Below are positions 9,901-18,801 of a DNA stretch of 64,000 nt, piece after piece. Source of the DNA: Candidatus Limimorpha caballi (GTDB taxonomy: Bacteria > Bacteroidota > Bacteroidia > Bacteroidales > F082); contig JAGHUX010000023.1 in NCBI GenBank assembly GCA_018064605.1, forward strand, positions 149 to 64,148. Direction: 5' to 3'. The notes under the pieces were generated by a model. It saw only the letters and a program-made list of their open reading frames with translations. It made no database searches and was not told the origin of the DNA. Position numbers and translations under genes: made by a program. The first letter of the stretch is position 1. Each line of letters starts with the position of its first letter.

Positions 9901-10512
9901 TTAGATTATCACTTTTGCCGGGACGCCGGCCGCTGTCGTATATGATGGTATGTCTTTGGTCACCACGCTGCCCGCCGCCACAATGACGCCGTCACCTATG
10001 CTCACGCCCGGCATTATTGAGACGTTCTCGCCAAACCACACGTTTTTTCCTATCGTGACTTTCCCCTTGGAAGTCAAAGGTCTCTCAATCGGCGCAACGT
10101 CTAACATCCCGATGTCGTGGGTCCCGTGTGTGTTGTCGGTGATGAGCAGCCCGGCTCCTGTCAGGAAATTGTCACCGATGGTGATCCCGTTTATCGCTGT
10201 GATGTGGAAACGCTCGCCGATACTGCAGTCTCTGCCAATCTTTATGACCGGATGGAACTGCTCGCCACGATAGCTGTCGTAGGCCATGAGCCGTCCGGCC
10301 CGGCCAAAAACCGACCTGTCACCGATGCTGATGTGTTCCTCCCCCCTGCATTGAAACGCCTTGCCGAACCTCACGCCGCGGCCAAGATGTCCGAACCGTC
10401 TTTTATAATAGCCGACACGGATGTAAGAAAAACCAGTTGATATCGTTTCTTTAATTTTTTTGGGACAGATGAAAGAAATAACCATCCCTAAGAAAATCAA
10501 GATGTCTCTCAT
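9901..10512 (-). CDS. Hexapeptide-repeat (LbH) O-acetyltransferase
   Basis: Left-handed beta-helix repeats are visible (IGDNFLTGAGLLITD, IGKNVWFGENVSIMPGVSIGDGVIVAAGSVV). Confidence 0.8.
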   Translation of the reverse strand: MRDILIFLGMVISFICPKKIKETISTGFSYIRVGYYKRRFGHLGRGVRFGKAFQCRGEEHISIGDRSVFGRAGRLMAYDSYRGEQFHPVIKIGRDCSIGERFHITAINGITIGDNFLTGAGLLITDNTHGTHDIGMLDVAPIERPLTSKGKVTIGKNVWFGENVSIMPGVSIGDGVIVAAGSVVTKDIPSYTTAAGVPAKVII

Positions 10513-11675
10513 TTTCTCAAGATATTTTTGTAAAAATCAAACACATTCTCCACTTGCCGTTCTGCCGAATAAAGAGACAGCACCGTCTTCTGGGCACGCC
10601 CGATCATCGGGAAATACGCTTCTACGCCATTGTCCATGACATCGCACAGATGCCTGATGAGTTCTTCTTCCTCCTCATAACGCAGCCCGATCTCTTCGCC
10701 CGTCAATTCAAGGCCGTTGTCGAATTGCTCTTTCGTCCCGGCTGTGTCCTTCCCTATCACAAGACAGCCCGCGAACATGGCTTCGGCCGTGATCCTGCCG
10801 AAAGCCTCCGAGCGTGACGGCACTATCAACGCCGACGCCTTCGACATCAGACTCAGCACGTCGTCGCGGCCGCCCAAGAATCTCACCTTGTCGGTGATGT
10901 TGAGCGACGTGACAACGTCATTCAGATAGTCAAGATAACTCTTTTTGCCGGCATCTCCCGCAATCAGCAGCGGAAACGCATCTTTTCTCCTGCCGCACAA
11001 CTTACCGTACGCCTCAAGGAGGGCTGTGACGCCTTTGGTTTCCTCAAGCCGGCCAGCAAACAGAAAATAACTGTCCTTCCCCTTGTCGAAAACAACATCC
11101 GCGCCGGTAAGGACACCGTTGTAAATCACCTTCGAGTTGTCGCTGCCGTCAAGGCGATGATATTTCGCTATGTCCTTTGTAATGCAGATGGAATACGAGT
11201 CTTTCCTCGTGAAATTTTTCAGGTATATCTTTCTCGACGGGATGACGTGCATGTCGAAGTCCCTGTCTCCGTATTCCCTGATGTGTGTGACATGCGGAAT
11301 GCCGAGTCTTCTCGCGGCTCTCATCCCGACATCCACCACACTCACATTCGTATGTATCATTTCCGCACCGAATCTCCCGGCCTCCTTGCAAAGCCTTCTC
11401 ACCGCAATTCTGTTGACAATCAGTTTGGCAATCAACTTCGGCATGAAAAGAACAAACTCCTTTGCGTTTCCGGCTGGCGGATATATCGCCGGACGGAAGT
11501 TCAAAACGATGGTCCTGATGCCTTCCTCTCTCAATGTCAGACAGAAACCGTCGTTGTCAGGGACAACAACAACCGGCTCCATACCACGGGAGACCAACCC
11601 TTTAATCATACAATGAAACGACTTGGTCGCTCCTCCTTGGCTGAGAGTGGAAGATAAGACATATACTACTTTCAT
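10509..11675 (-). CDS. Glycosyltransferase family 4 (GT-B)
   Basis: 388 aa. C-terminal EX7E-like region PSRSEAFGRITAEAMFAGCLVIG. ATGA-type overlap with the downstream gene. Confidence 0.8.
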   Translation of the reverse strand: MKVVYVLSSTLSQGGATKSFHCMIKGLVSRGMEPVVVVPDNDGFCLTLREEGIRTIVLNFRPAIYPPAGNAKEFVLFMPKLIAKLIVNRIAVRRLCKEAGRFGAEMIHTNVSVVDVGMRAARRLGIPHVTHIREYGDRDFDMHVIPSRKIYLKNFTRKDSYSICITKDIAKYHRLDGSDNSKVIYNGVLTGADVVFDKGKDSYFLFAGRLEETKGVTALLEAYGKLCGRRKDAFPLLIAGDAGKKSYLDYLNDVVTSLNITDKVRFLGGRDDVLSLMSKASALIVPSRSEAFGRITAEAMFAGCLVIGKDTAGTKEQFDNGLELTGEEIGLRYEEEEELIRHLCDVMDNGVEAYFPMIGRAQKTVLSLYSAERQVENVFDFYKNILRK

Positions 11676-11678
11676 GAC

Positions 11679-12569
11679 CTAACAGCCTTTTATCTCGTTG
11701 AACGTCTCTCTGACCTGTTTTTTCTGGATGCGGAATCTCTCTATCGCCTCGCGGACCCTCGAAGGATGCCCTATGCACAACGCCAAAGCCTTGAAAATCA
11801 CCTGATTCATCTCGTTTCTATACAGCGACTTCATCGGCATTCGGTTTTTCTTGTAGAAATAAGCCGCCGATTTCATCGAATGCCGGTATTCTTTGTCTTT
11901 GTCACGCTCGTTGGCGGTCGGATGAATGTATCTCAGCTCCTTGAGGAAAACCATCTTTTTCTCAGGAAACATTTTTCTCAGGCGGAAATGGATGTCGTTT
12001 TCCTCGCCGTAAAGGAAAATGTTCTCGTCAAACATCCCGATTTTTTCAAAAACGTCTTTTCTCATTGCAAAGCAGGCTCCTGAGAAAAACATTCTTTTGT
12101 ATTGAAAATCATCGGTTTGCAGTTTCTTGCGGAGAAACACCTTTCGGAACGCGCTCGTCGTACGAGTGTAATAAAACGAATTGTTTCTTTGGTTTTCGTT
12201 TTCCATCGACGTGAATCCGCAGAGGATGATGTCTTCGTCATCCAACGTGTCGGCGATTTTAGCAAACATCGGCATGACAATCCTCACATCCGGGTTCATA
12301 ATCAGGAACTTGTCTGATGACGAAAGCCGTATCCCGACGTTGTTGCCTTGCCCGTAGCCGCCGTTTTTGCTGTTACTTACAACAACAATTTTTTCGCCAT
12401 AAACGCCTTCAATCTCATTCCGCATCGCCTCGAAGCCCGCGCTGGCGTTGTCAACGACAATCACCTCCAATCCTTCGCCGAGGTCGTTGTGCCTGAAAAC
12501 GGCTTCTAAACAGTCGAAAATATCATTTTCAGAATTGTATGTAACGATGATGATTGAAAGTCTTTTCAT
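11679..12569 (-). CDS. Glycosyltransferase family 2
   Basis: Contains LSIIIVTYNSENDI and VVDNAS motifs of the GT-A fold. Confidence 0.8.
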   Translation of the reverse strand: MKRLSIIIVTYNSENDIFDCLEAVFRHNDLGEGLEVIVVDNASAGFEAMRNEIEGVYGEKIVVVSNSKNGGYGQGNNVGIRLSSSDKFLIMNPDVRIVMPMFAKIADTLDDEDIILCGFTSMENENQRNNSFYYTRTTSAFRKVFLRKKLQTDDFQYKRMFFSGACFAMRKDVFEKIGMFDENIFLYGEENDIHFRLRKMFPEKKMVFLKELRYIHPTANERDKDKEYRHSMKSAAYFYKKNRMPMKSLYRNEMNQVIFKALALCIGHPSRVREAIERFRIQKKQVRETFNEIKGC

Positions 12570-12575
12570 TGAAAA

Positions 12576-13907
12576 TCAAGATTTTAACAATGTTTTGATT
12601 TTTAAGATGTCTTTCCATCCAAGCAGCAACGCTTTCGTTTGCATTCTGAAAAGATGACGGTATTGCGGAATGAAGAGGTCAGCAACGTAACCTGCCGACA
12701 GATTTGACAGTATTGCGACGACGGCGGCTCCGGCGGCTCCGAATCGCGGTATCAGCAAAAAATTGAAAATCACACAGATGACGCAGCCGAAGCCGTCACG
12801 AAGTATGGCGTATTTCTGCAAGCCCTCGATGATGAGCAGCTGCCCGGCGGTGTTCGACAGGGCGACGCTCACGGCCTTGAACGACAAAATCTGCAAGATT
12901 GCGACCGCCGGCAGATATTTCTCGCCGAAAGTCAGGATGACGAGATAATACGAAACCAGGCTCATGACCGCTGCCAGGAGGAAACTTCCCCAGATGGTGA
13001 TGTTCATGAACATCTGGGATTTCCTCTTGTATTCCTCATCGTTTTTCTCACGCGTCTGCACCAGAATCGGGGCGACGGTCTGCGCCATGATTGTCGGGAT
13101 GAAGATAAGCACCTCGACGAATTTGCTCGCCACCGAGAACTGTCCGACTGATGCCGAGTCAACCATTTTCCCGATCATCACCTGGTCGATGCGCTGGTAA
13201 ATCATCACCGCCGCGCCCGTCAGCATCAGCGGAAACGACTGTGCCACAAGGTATTTCGCCCATTTGATGTCGAACCGCCACAGCTTCATGCTGGCGATTT
13301 TCAATCTGTATGACGTGCAATAGCCGCCTGCGAGCAGGACGAAGTCGAAGGTGTAAACAGCGATGAACCAGCCGAGACCCGCCTCCGCGAACAACAGCCC
13401 TATCTTAATCAACGCGCCGATGACAGTCCTGGAAATCTCTGTCTTCACGACATATTCGTTCCACACCAATGACGTGAAATGATTCCTGATGACATTCAAG
13501 CTGTTGAGCACAATCGAAATCGAATACAGCATTATCATCCAGCGTGTGAACGAATCGGTCTCGGTTATCATCACCGAGACCGCCACTGCCGCCAGCGTGA
13601 CGACTGCCAAGACGATTTTTATCGTGAACGCCGTCCCAATGATGACGTCTCTTTCTTCGGGACGTCTCGACTCCTCGCGGATCTGGATGCTGTCGAGGCC
13701 GAATGTCGCAAAGACCTGGAAGATACAGACATAGCTGATGACATAGTTCATCAGGCCGTATTGCTCCGGGCCGAGGTAACGCGCCACGAAAATACCCACG
13801 AGGAGACCGCCGAGAAGACTCACCGTCTTGCCGGCCACCGCCCAGCCGACGTTCTTCGTGATCTTTATTGCATTGTCGGAGAGTTTCATTTTTGTCTTGC
13901 GGATCAC
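12576..13907 (-). CDS. wzx: Wzx-type oligosaccharide flippase (MOP superfamily)
   Basis: 443 aa and about 12-14 predicted TM helices. Sequence character and locus position match polysaccharide biosynthesis flippases. Confidence 0.8.
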   Translation of the reverse strand: MIRKTKMKLSDNAIKITKNVGWAVAGKTVSLLGGLLVGIFVARYLGPEQYGLMNYVISYVCIFQVFATFGLDSIQIREESRRPEERDVIIGTAFTIKIVLAVVTLAAVAVSVMITETDSFTRWMIMLYSISIVLNSLNVIRNHFTSLVWNEYVVKTEISRTVIGALIKIGLLFAEAGLGWFIAVYTFDFVLLAGGYCTSYRLKIASMKLWRFDIKWAKYLVAQSFPLMLTGAAVMIYQRIDQVMIGKMVDSASVGQFSVASKFVEVLIFIPTIMAQTVAPILVQTREKNDEEYKRKSQMFMNITIWGSFLLAAVMSLVSYYLVILTFGEKYLPAVAILQILSFKAVSVALSNTAGQLLIIEGLQKYAILRDGFGCVICVIFNFLLIPRFGAAGAAVVAILSNLSAGYVADLFIPQYRHLFRMQTKALLLGWKDILKIKTLLKS

Positions 13908-13958
13908 ACGGATTTCACGCCGATGTCTGTTTTTTCTTCGTCAACCCGTGTGTGTCAA

Positions 13959-15638
13959 TCAGAAATCGTAATATTTCCTGCCGATGCTTGTCCTCAGTCC
14001 GACGCTGAAAATGAAATCGTCATGCGTCTCAAGGCCTTCCGCTGCGAGATGACGTTGTGTCAGCTCGACGAAGGCGTTGAGATTATATTTCGGGTTGATC
14101 AGATACGAGACGGTGAAGTCATTCATGACCAATGTCGTTTTTCTTCCCGTGAGGAGATAATGTCCGTAGATTCCGCGGGGGTCTTCTTCCGGGTCGAGGA
14201 TGTGCACGTGGTTTTGGTAGTCGAGGTAAACGTCATGGCCGTAGTTGTCGATTGTCCCGTCGGCGTTCTTGATGTCGTCGCCATACTGTCCGAAATTGAT
14301 TTTGTACTGGAGATAAAGGCGTTTCCAGTTGTATTGTGCGCGTCCGACGCATTCCCAGAGGTTTGCGCCCCACGGATGTGCGAGCGGTTCGTTGTAGTGC
14401 GCGTAGTTGTCCTCCCCTACGCCGCAGCCCGACCCCTGCGATGTGTGCGAATACATGTACGGCATCACGATGTTGCCTTCGAGTTGAAGGAACAACCCGT
14501 TGATGTTGAAGCAGTTGTAGCTCTTCACGCCGAGCTGGTACGACTGTTTGTTACCGCTGTAGCCCTTGCCGCCGACAAACTCCTTGAACGTCATCTCATC
14601 GAGGACGAACTGTCCGTAAAGGGTGGTGTGCCTGCCGACGATGACGCTTGCGGTGACGCCGAGGAGCGAGTTGTCGGGCGAGGTCCCTGTATAATATTCC
14701 GTCGGACGGAGAAAGATAATCGGGTTGATGTATTGGAAATCGAAGCCGCGGCGCATTCCGAGCGAGTCCTGGTTCTTGGCGACCAAGGCGTCGAAAAACC
14801 CAATGTTGACACGTTTCGAGACCGCTACGTCGAGATAATGGATGAGCGTGAACTTCCTCGCGTATGTGTTGTCGGCGAGAATCCTGTTTCTGTCGGTCAT
14901 CTGCGTGTAGAGGCAGGTATATTGTACGCGCCAGAAGTCGGCGGTGAGTCTCAGGTACGGGTAGCTGAAGGCGTTGTCAGACAACATCATCGAGCGGTAT
15001 CCGTCGCCGATGAAGTTCTTTCCGTAGCCCAGGGCGGTGTCGAGCCACTTCACCGGACGGAACGCGATGTAAGCCTGTGAGTTGGTGTAGTCGAAGCCGG
15101 TCTCCTTGAACGTCTTCGCCAATCCTTGACCCGGTATGACTTTTTTGTCGTGGATGTAGTTTGTGATGTACTCGGGAAAAACCGCCTGGTTTTCATGGAC
15201 ATTGGAATAGAAGGCGAAGTTCTTTCCTATCGTTCCTTTCACCTCGATGCCGCGCGTGTTCACCCACGTGGTGCGCGTCCCGTCGCCTCCGACTTCAAAA
15301 TCCACCAGCGGGTTGGCGGCGATGTAAAACTCGTCATCCTCGCCTCTGACCCTCAGAAAATCATCGTTAAGACACGAATTCCAGAAATAATTCCAGAACC
15401 TGTTCTTTGTCGTGACATTGAAACGATATTGATTGTCAATGCTGTCTAAATCGATGATGTCTTTGAACTGATATTCTGACCACGCATGCATTGCTGTGTG
15501 GAAGATATGACCGGAGCTGTAGGCGGCGGCGGAAAGTTCCATCTCGTAGTCATCGTTCAGTGGAATATGAAGTTCCTGGGCCTTGGCTGTAAAACACGCC
15601 AAAAACAAAAAGATAACTGAAAATATCTTATTTTTCAT
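13959..15638 (-). CDS. Outer-membrane beta-barrel protein, Wzi/RemB-like (putative capsule-assembly family)
   Basis: Signal peptide MKNKIFSVIFLFLACFTAKAQ (start moved to 15638). The protein is rich in aromatic/Gly beta-strand pattern and ends in a C-terminal Phe (YYDF). The family assignment is from memory of Wzi/RemB-like proteins, not from a search. Confidence 0.5.
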   Translation of the reverse strand: MKNKIFSVIFLFLACFTAKAQELHIPLNDDYEMELSAAAYSSGHIFHTAMHAWSEYQFKDIIDLDSIDNQYRFNVTTKNRFWNYFWNSCLNDDFLRVRGEDDEFYIAANPLVDFEVGGDGTRTTWVNTRGIEVKGTIGKNFAFYSNVHENQAVFPEYITNYIHDKKVIPGQGLAKTFKETGFDYTNSQAYIAFRPVKWLDTALGYGKNFIGDGYRSMMLSDNAFSYPYLRLTADFWRVQYTCLYTQMTDRNRILADNTYARKFTLIHYLDVAVSKRVNIGFFDALVAKNQDSLGMRRGFDFQYINPIIFLRPTEYYTGTSPDNSLLGVTASVIVGRHTTLYGQFVLDEMTFKEFVGGKGYSGNKQSYQLGVKSYNCFNINGLFLQLEGNIVMPYMYSHTSQGSGCGVGEDNYAHYNEPLAHPWGANLWECVGRAQYNWKRLYLQYKINFGQYGDDIKNADGTIDNYGHDVYLDYQNHVHILDPEEDPRGIYGHYLLTGRKTTLVMNDFTVSYLINPKYNLNAFVELTQRHLAAEGLETHDDFIFSVGLRTSIGRKYYDF

Positions 15639-17133
15639 CTGTTGATATTTTTGTTGTTGAATTGACATCTGCCAACAGACAGTTGAGCAGCAACATGTTA
15701 AAGAAATTGAAGAATATTATTCCGTCTTGTCTTTCAAAAATCGCCTCGAAAATCGCATTGAGACTGATTATCAGCATGAAAATCAGATATATGATGGTGA
15801 ATCTTTTGTTTTTTATCATTATAAAAATCGGGACGATGAAATATCCCAACAACAACACGAGACCGATGACACCGATGCTTAATATCGTTTCAAAGTATTG
15901 ATTGTGAGTATTTAACGTGTTCGCGATTGCATCGAAGATATAAATGTAATTGACATATACACTGTTCACAGATTCCAGTGTGCAGTATCTTTTTTCTGCA
16001 TCTGTTTTGATGTATTCCGATGTGAAAGCATTTGGCACATGCCAATTGTTACCTGTCGGGTTGGTGAATGTCAGTATGTCATTGAGAAGAATGTCCCTGT
16101 TTTTCTCGAATTTCTCCCTGCCCGCACCAGGCACAGGTTCAATTGACGAGACCAGTTCGTTCTTGTATGACTCATACGACTTGACGATTTCATCGCATTT
16201 GTCGCCAGTGCCGACGCCAAACAGCCATTTGTCTTTCAACAGTTGTTTGTATCCTGTGAATTGCACAAGTCTTCTGTCGTTGGAATTTACAGAAGTGATG
16301 CTTTTTATCGTCACATTGATTCTTGACAAACTTTCAGGATTCAGTTTGATGATGCCGACTGTCAAAACAAGAATTATCACGATGGCTGATGTCCCGACCT
16401 TCGTCTCTTTTTTGAAAAAGAACGTCCAGACCAACATGATGATTATTGACAAGAAAATGATTATGATTCCTGCGCGTGAGTTGCATAGAATCACGAAAGC
16501 GAACAGCATAATTGCGGCTATAACATGCAATATTTTGCCTTTCAGTTTTTTGTGGTTGAAAAAATCAACATAACAAAACACGAAAGCTAATGTTGCATAC
16601 ATCGACATATACGTATGATGGACATAGTATAGCTTCATCAGCCCGTCGTCAAAGAAGCGTGTTGTCGGGTAGTCAAGGAAGATCACGTCGTAGGAAGCCC
16701 ACAGCACATTGGCCAAGAAAAACACAAGCGTGCCCGCCACAAGTGCATAGAATATCATCCGAATCCGGGCTTTTGTGAGATACGACATGTCAGAAATCAG
16801 GAACACCAACGGGAAGAGCAGGAATCCGAGTTTCTTGCTCACCTCAAACCAGCCTTCATCGGCATTCTCAGTGTGAATCATCCCGACAAGATACGCAAGC
16901 CACGTCGCCATGAACACAAGATACACCCATTTCCACTTCATCTGCGATGGGTTGAACTTGAATTTCTGTTCAAAAACAACCTTCAGGACGGCACATGTCA
17001 CCAATGCCGCCTCGCCGTATTGCGCGGCAAGCCAGTAAAACGGAATCACAAAAGCGAGCACAAGCATTATTGAAAACTCGGCCTTTTGGAATGGTTTGAG
17101 GTCAGTAAATGGTCTTAATATATTATAAATCAT
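15628..17133 (-). CDS. O-antigen ligase / Wzy_C-family membrane protein with an enlarged periplasmic loop
   Basis: Polytopic membrane protein. Carries CNSRAGIIIIF, WLFGVGTGD and NTHNQYFETILSIGVIGL motifs typical of the Wzy_C (WaaL-like) domain, with about 120 aa of hydrophilic insertion between them. Confidence 0.7.
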   Translation of the reverse strand: MIYNILRPFTDLKPFQKAEFSIMLVLAFVIPFYWLAAQYGEAALVTCAVLKVVFEQKFKFNPSQMKWKWVYLVFMATWLAYLVGMIHTENADEGWFEVSKKLGFLLFPLVFLISDMSYLTKARIRMIFYALVAGTLVFFLANVLWASYDVIFLDYPTTRFFDDGLMKLYYVHHTYMSMYATLAFVFCYVDFFNHKKLKGKILHVIAAIMLFAFVILCNSRAGIIIIFLSIIIMLVWTFFFKKETKVGTSAIVIILVLTVGIIKLNPESLSRINVTIKSITSVNSNDRRLVQFTGYKQLLKDKWLFGVGTGDKCDEIVKSYESYKNELVSSIEPVPGAGREKFEKNRDILLNDILTFTNPTGNNWHVPNAFTSEYIKTDAEKRYCTLESVNSVYVNYIYIFDAIANTLNTHNQYFETILSIGVIGLVLLLGYFIVPIFIMIKNKRFTIIYLIFMLIISLNAIFEAIFERQDGIIFFNFFNMLLLNCLLADVNSTTKISTDEK

Positions 17134-17226
17134 TGATATTCAAATGTATATAAGTTTAAATATACGGCTTCGCCCTTTCAGTCACATTTTTTTGCGACAT
17201 ACACAGAATTTTATCCTAAATTTTTG

Positions 17227-17234
17227 CAAAAATA
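17227..17234 (-). promoter_or_regulatory. Bacteroidota -7 promoter box (TATTTTTG) upstream of the glycan locus
   Basis: Matches TAnnTTTG on the minus strand, about 90 nt upstream of the ATG at 17133. It lies inside a 14-bp perfect palindrome ATTTTTGCAAAAAT (17220-17233). Confidence 0.4.
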
Positions 17235-17274
17235 GGACAAAATTTTCTATTATAAAAATAATAAATACGTGTTT

Positions 17275-18555
17275 TTACTGATTTTTTATGTCGTTGAATT
17301 CAGCTCTCAGCTCCTTGTTGAAAGTCCAACGGATGTCCGACAGCCACTTGCGTATGTACTGGTAGTAGTCGAAGGTGAACGTGTAACTGTAATATATGAA
17401 AACTGTGCCCACGACGGCCACCTGCCAAGGCGTAAGGCAGAAAAGCAAGGTCATCCCGACTGCTGTCAACAGAGGATGCAACAGCAGTTCCACGCCGAAG
17501 TTGACCGAATTGCTGAAAGCCTTGTCTTTCAGCTTGTTGATGATGATGCTTGTGATGCCCCATATCGGTGCCGAAACAGCGCCGCTCACCAGGAAAACAG
17601 GGAAGCCGACGATGACCATGAGTGTCTTCCAGAGCATGTTCCAACCCGGTCTTTTCTTTGACACGGAAATGACGGAGATTTTGTGTTCCTTCCTGTGTCT
17701 GGTGAATGTCCTGACTTTCTCGAAGAGCCGTTTCGCCCTCTCTGGTTCCTTCTTGCTGAACTCGACGAATTTATCTATGAATTTCTGGTTTCTGTTGCGG
17801 CGTTTCTTCAGTGAGACGGGCGGCAACCCGGCGCGTATCTTCACGAGTTCCCATATCGCGTCATAGTCTTCATTGTCAGGGATATATGATATGAGCGACG
17901 CCATCCTGCCCGTGAGTATCTCCTTCAGTTCAAGGAGTTTCTCCGCCTCCGTTTTTCCGGTGTTGTCTCTCAGATACTCTGTCACATTGATCGGTTCGCC
18001 GAAACTGACAAGTGATGTCGAGCGGAAACGGAAATAATCGCCATATTCGATGCCGACAGGGACTATATAAACGGGTTTTCTGTCGCCGTATTTCTCATTC
18101 GCCTGGAATGCAATGTGGAAAATCCCCTTCGACAGCGGCCTCAGTGAATGCTTCGCGCGGTGTGTCGCCTCGGGGAAAAGATACAACGGCACGCCGTGGT
18201 ACATCGACTCCACCGCCTCATCAATGACGGCCGAGTTTTTGTCGCGGACCGCACCTATGCCGTCACGCATACGATATATCGGCAACATCTTCAGACGACG
18301 TAAAAACGCCCCCCAGAACTTGCTCTGGAAAATGTCGGCTCGCGCCATAAACAACTGATAACCAGGCGTTGACAATATCAACGACAAGGCATCGGTCAAA
18401 GCATTGCTGTGGTTGATGCCGAAAATCAGGATGCCGTCTTCCGGGATGTTTTCCCTTCCAACGACGTGATAACGTTTGAAACTGCGGCGGATATGATGAC
18501 AGGCGAAAAACTTGAATGCCCTGTAAAACCAGTCTTTATCGTAAATGTTCGACAT
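17275..18555 (-). CDS. PlsC-family acyltransferase (1-acyl-sn-glycerol-3-phosphate acyltransferase-like) with a C-terminal membrane domain
   Basis: HX4D motif in FGINHSNALTDAL. The C-terminal 100 aa are hydrophobic. Start placed at MSNIYDKDW (18555), downstream of the promoter box at 18574-18581. Confidence 0.7.
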   Translation of the reverse strand: MSNIYDKDWFYRAFKFFACHHIRRSFKRYHVVGRENIPEDGILIFGINHSNALTDALSLILSTPGYQLFMARADIFQSKFWGAFLRRLKMLPIYRMRDGIGAVRDKNSAVIDEAVESMYHGVPLYLFPEATHRAKHSLRPLSKGIFHIAFQANEKYGDRKPVYIVPVGIEYGDYFRFRSTSLVSFGEPINVTEYLRDNTGKTEAEKLLELKEILTGRMASLISYIPDNEDYDAIWELVKIRAGLPPVSLKKRRNRNQKFIDKFVEFSKKEPERAKRLFEKVRTFTRHRKEHKISVISVSKKRPGWNMLWKTLMVIVGFPVFLVSGAVSAPIWGITSIIINKLKDKAFSNSVNFGVELLLHPLLTAVGMTLLFCLTPWQVAVVGTVFIYYSYTFTFDYYQYIRKWLSDIRWTFNKELRAEFNDIKNQ

Positions 18556-18573
18556 GTATCTATTTTTAGGGCG

Positions 18574-18581
18574 CAAAGTTA
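18574..18581 (-). promoter_or_regulatory. -7 promoter box (TAACTTTG) for the acyltransferase gene
   Basis: Minus strand reads GTGTAACTTTGCGCCC, about 19 nt upstream of the ATG at 18555. Confidence 0.5.
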
Positions 18582-18630
18582 CACAAAAAATGAAAAGTTT
18601 TAATAAAAATTTGAAATTTAAGTCAAAAAC

Positions 18631-18659
18631 AAAAAAAACTGCGGACAAAATTTCCGCAG
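18631..18659 (-). terminator. Rho-independent terminator after tRNA-Glu
   Basis: Minus strand reads CTGCGGA-AATTTTG-TCCGCAG (perfect 7-bp stem) followed by TTTTTTTTGTTTTTG. It begins 8 nt after the tRNA 3' end. Confidence 0.75.
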
Positions 18660-18666
18660 CCTTTCG

Positions 18667-18741
18667 TGGTATCGGGTAAGGGAATCGAACCCTTATTTCG
18701 ACAGTGAGAGTGTCGTTACCTAACCGTTAGTAGAACCCGAC
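18667..18741 (-). tRNA. tRNA-Glu (anticodon CUC), CCA encoded
   Basis: Hand-folded 75-nt cloverleaf.
- Acceptor stem GTCGGGT/ACCCGAT, with a G1-U72 wobble.
- D arm TACT-AACGGTTA-GGTA.
- Anticodon stem CGACA/TGTCG with loop CTCTCAC.
- T arm AAGGG-TTCGATT-CCCTT.
- Discriminator A followed by CCA.
The D-arm architecture resembles E. coli tRNA-Glu. Confidence 0.85.
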
Positions 18742-18762
18742 ATCGGTCATTTTTTGACGGTG

Positions 18763-18770
18763 CAAAAGTA
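18763..18770 (-). promoter_or_regulatory. -7 promoter box (TACTTTTG) for tRNA-Glu
   Basis: Minus strand reads TTTGTACTTTTGCACC, 22 nt upstream of tRNA position 1. Confidence 0.5.
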
Positions 18771-18801
18771 CAAATAATTTTAATATGCGCAACAAAAAAT
18801 C

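Noticed and set aside
13479-15080. A long 533-aa plus-strand ORF. Similar long antisense ORFs occur at 5795-7033, 30534-31418, 35622-36188 and 44499-46100.
   Set aside because: Each lies entirely antisense to a gene with clear family motifs (Wzi-like OMP/wzx, WbsX, lysS, gpmA, mreB/mreC). Their translations are rich in R, V, H, D and E with no recognisable domains. These are shadow ORFs.
17134-17274. A possible invertible (phase-variable) promoter in front of the glycan locus, as in Bacteroides capsule loci.
   Set aside because: Only a 14-bp palindrome (ATTTTTGCAAAAAT) and a 6-bp inverted repeat (GTATAT-N8-ATATAC) are present. There are no longer flanking inverted repeats bracketing the promoter and no nearby recombinase gene.
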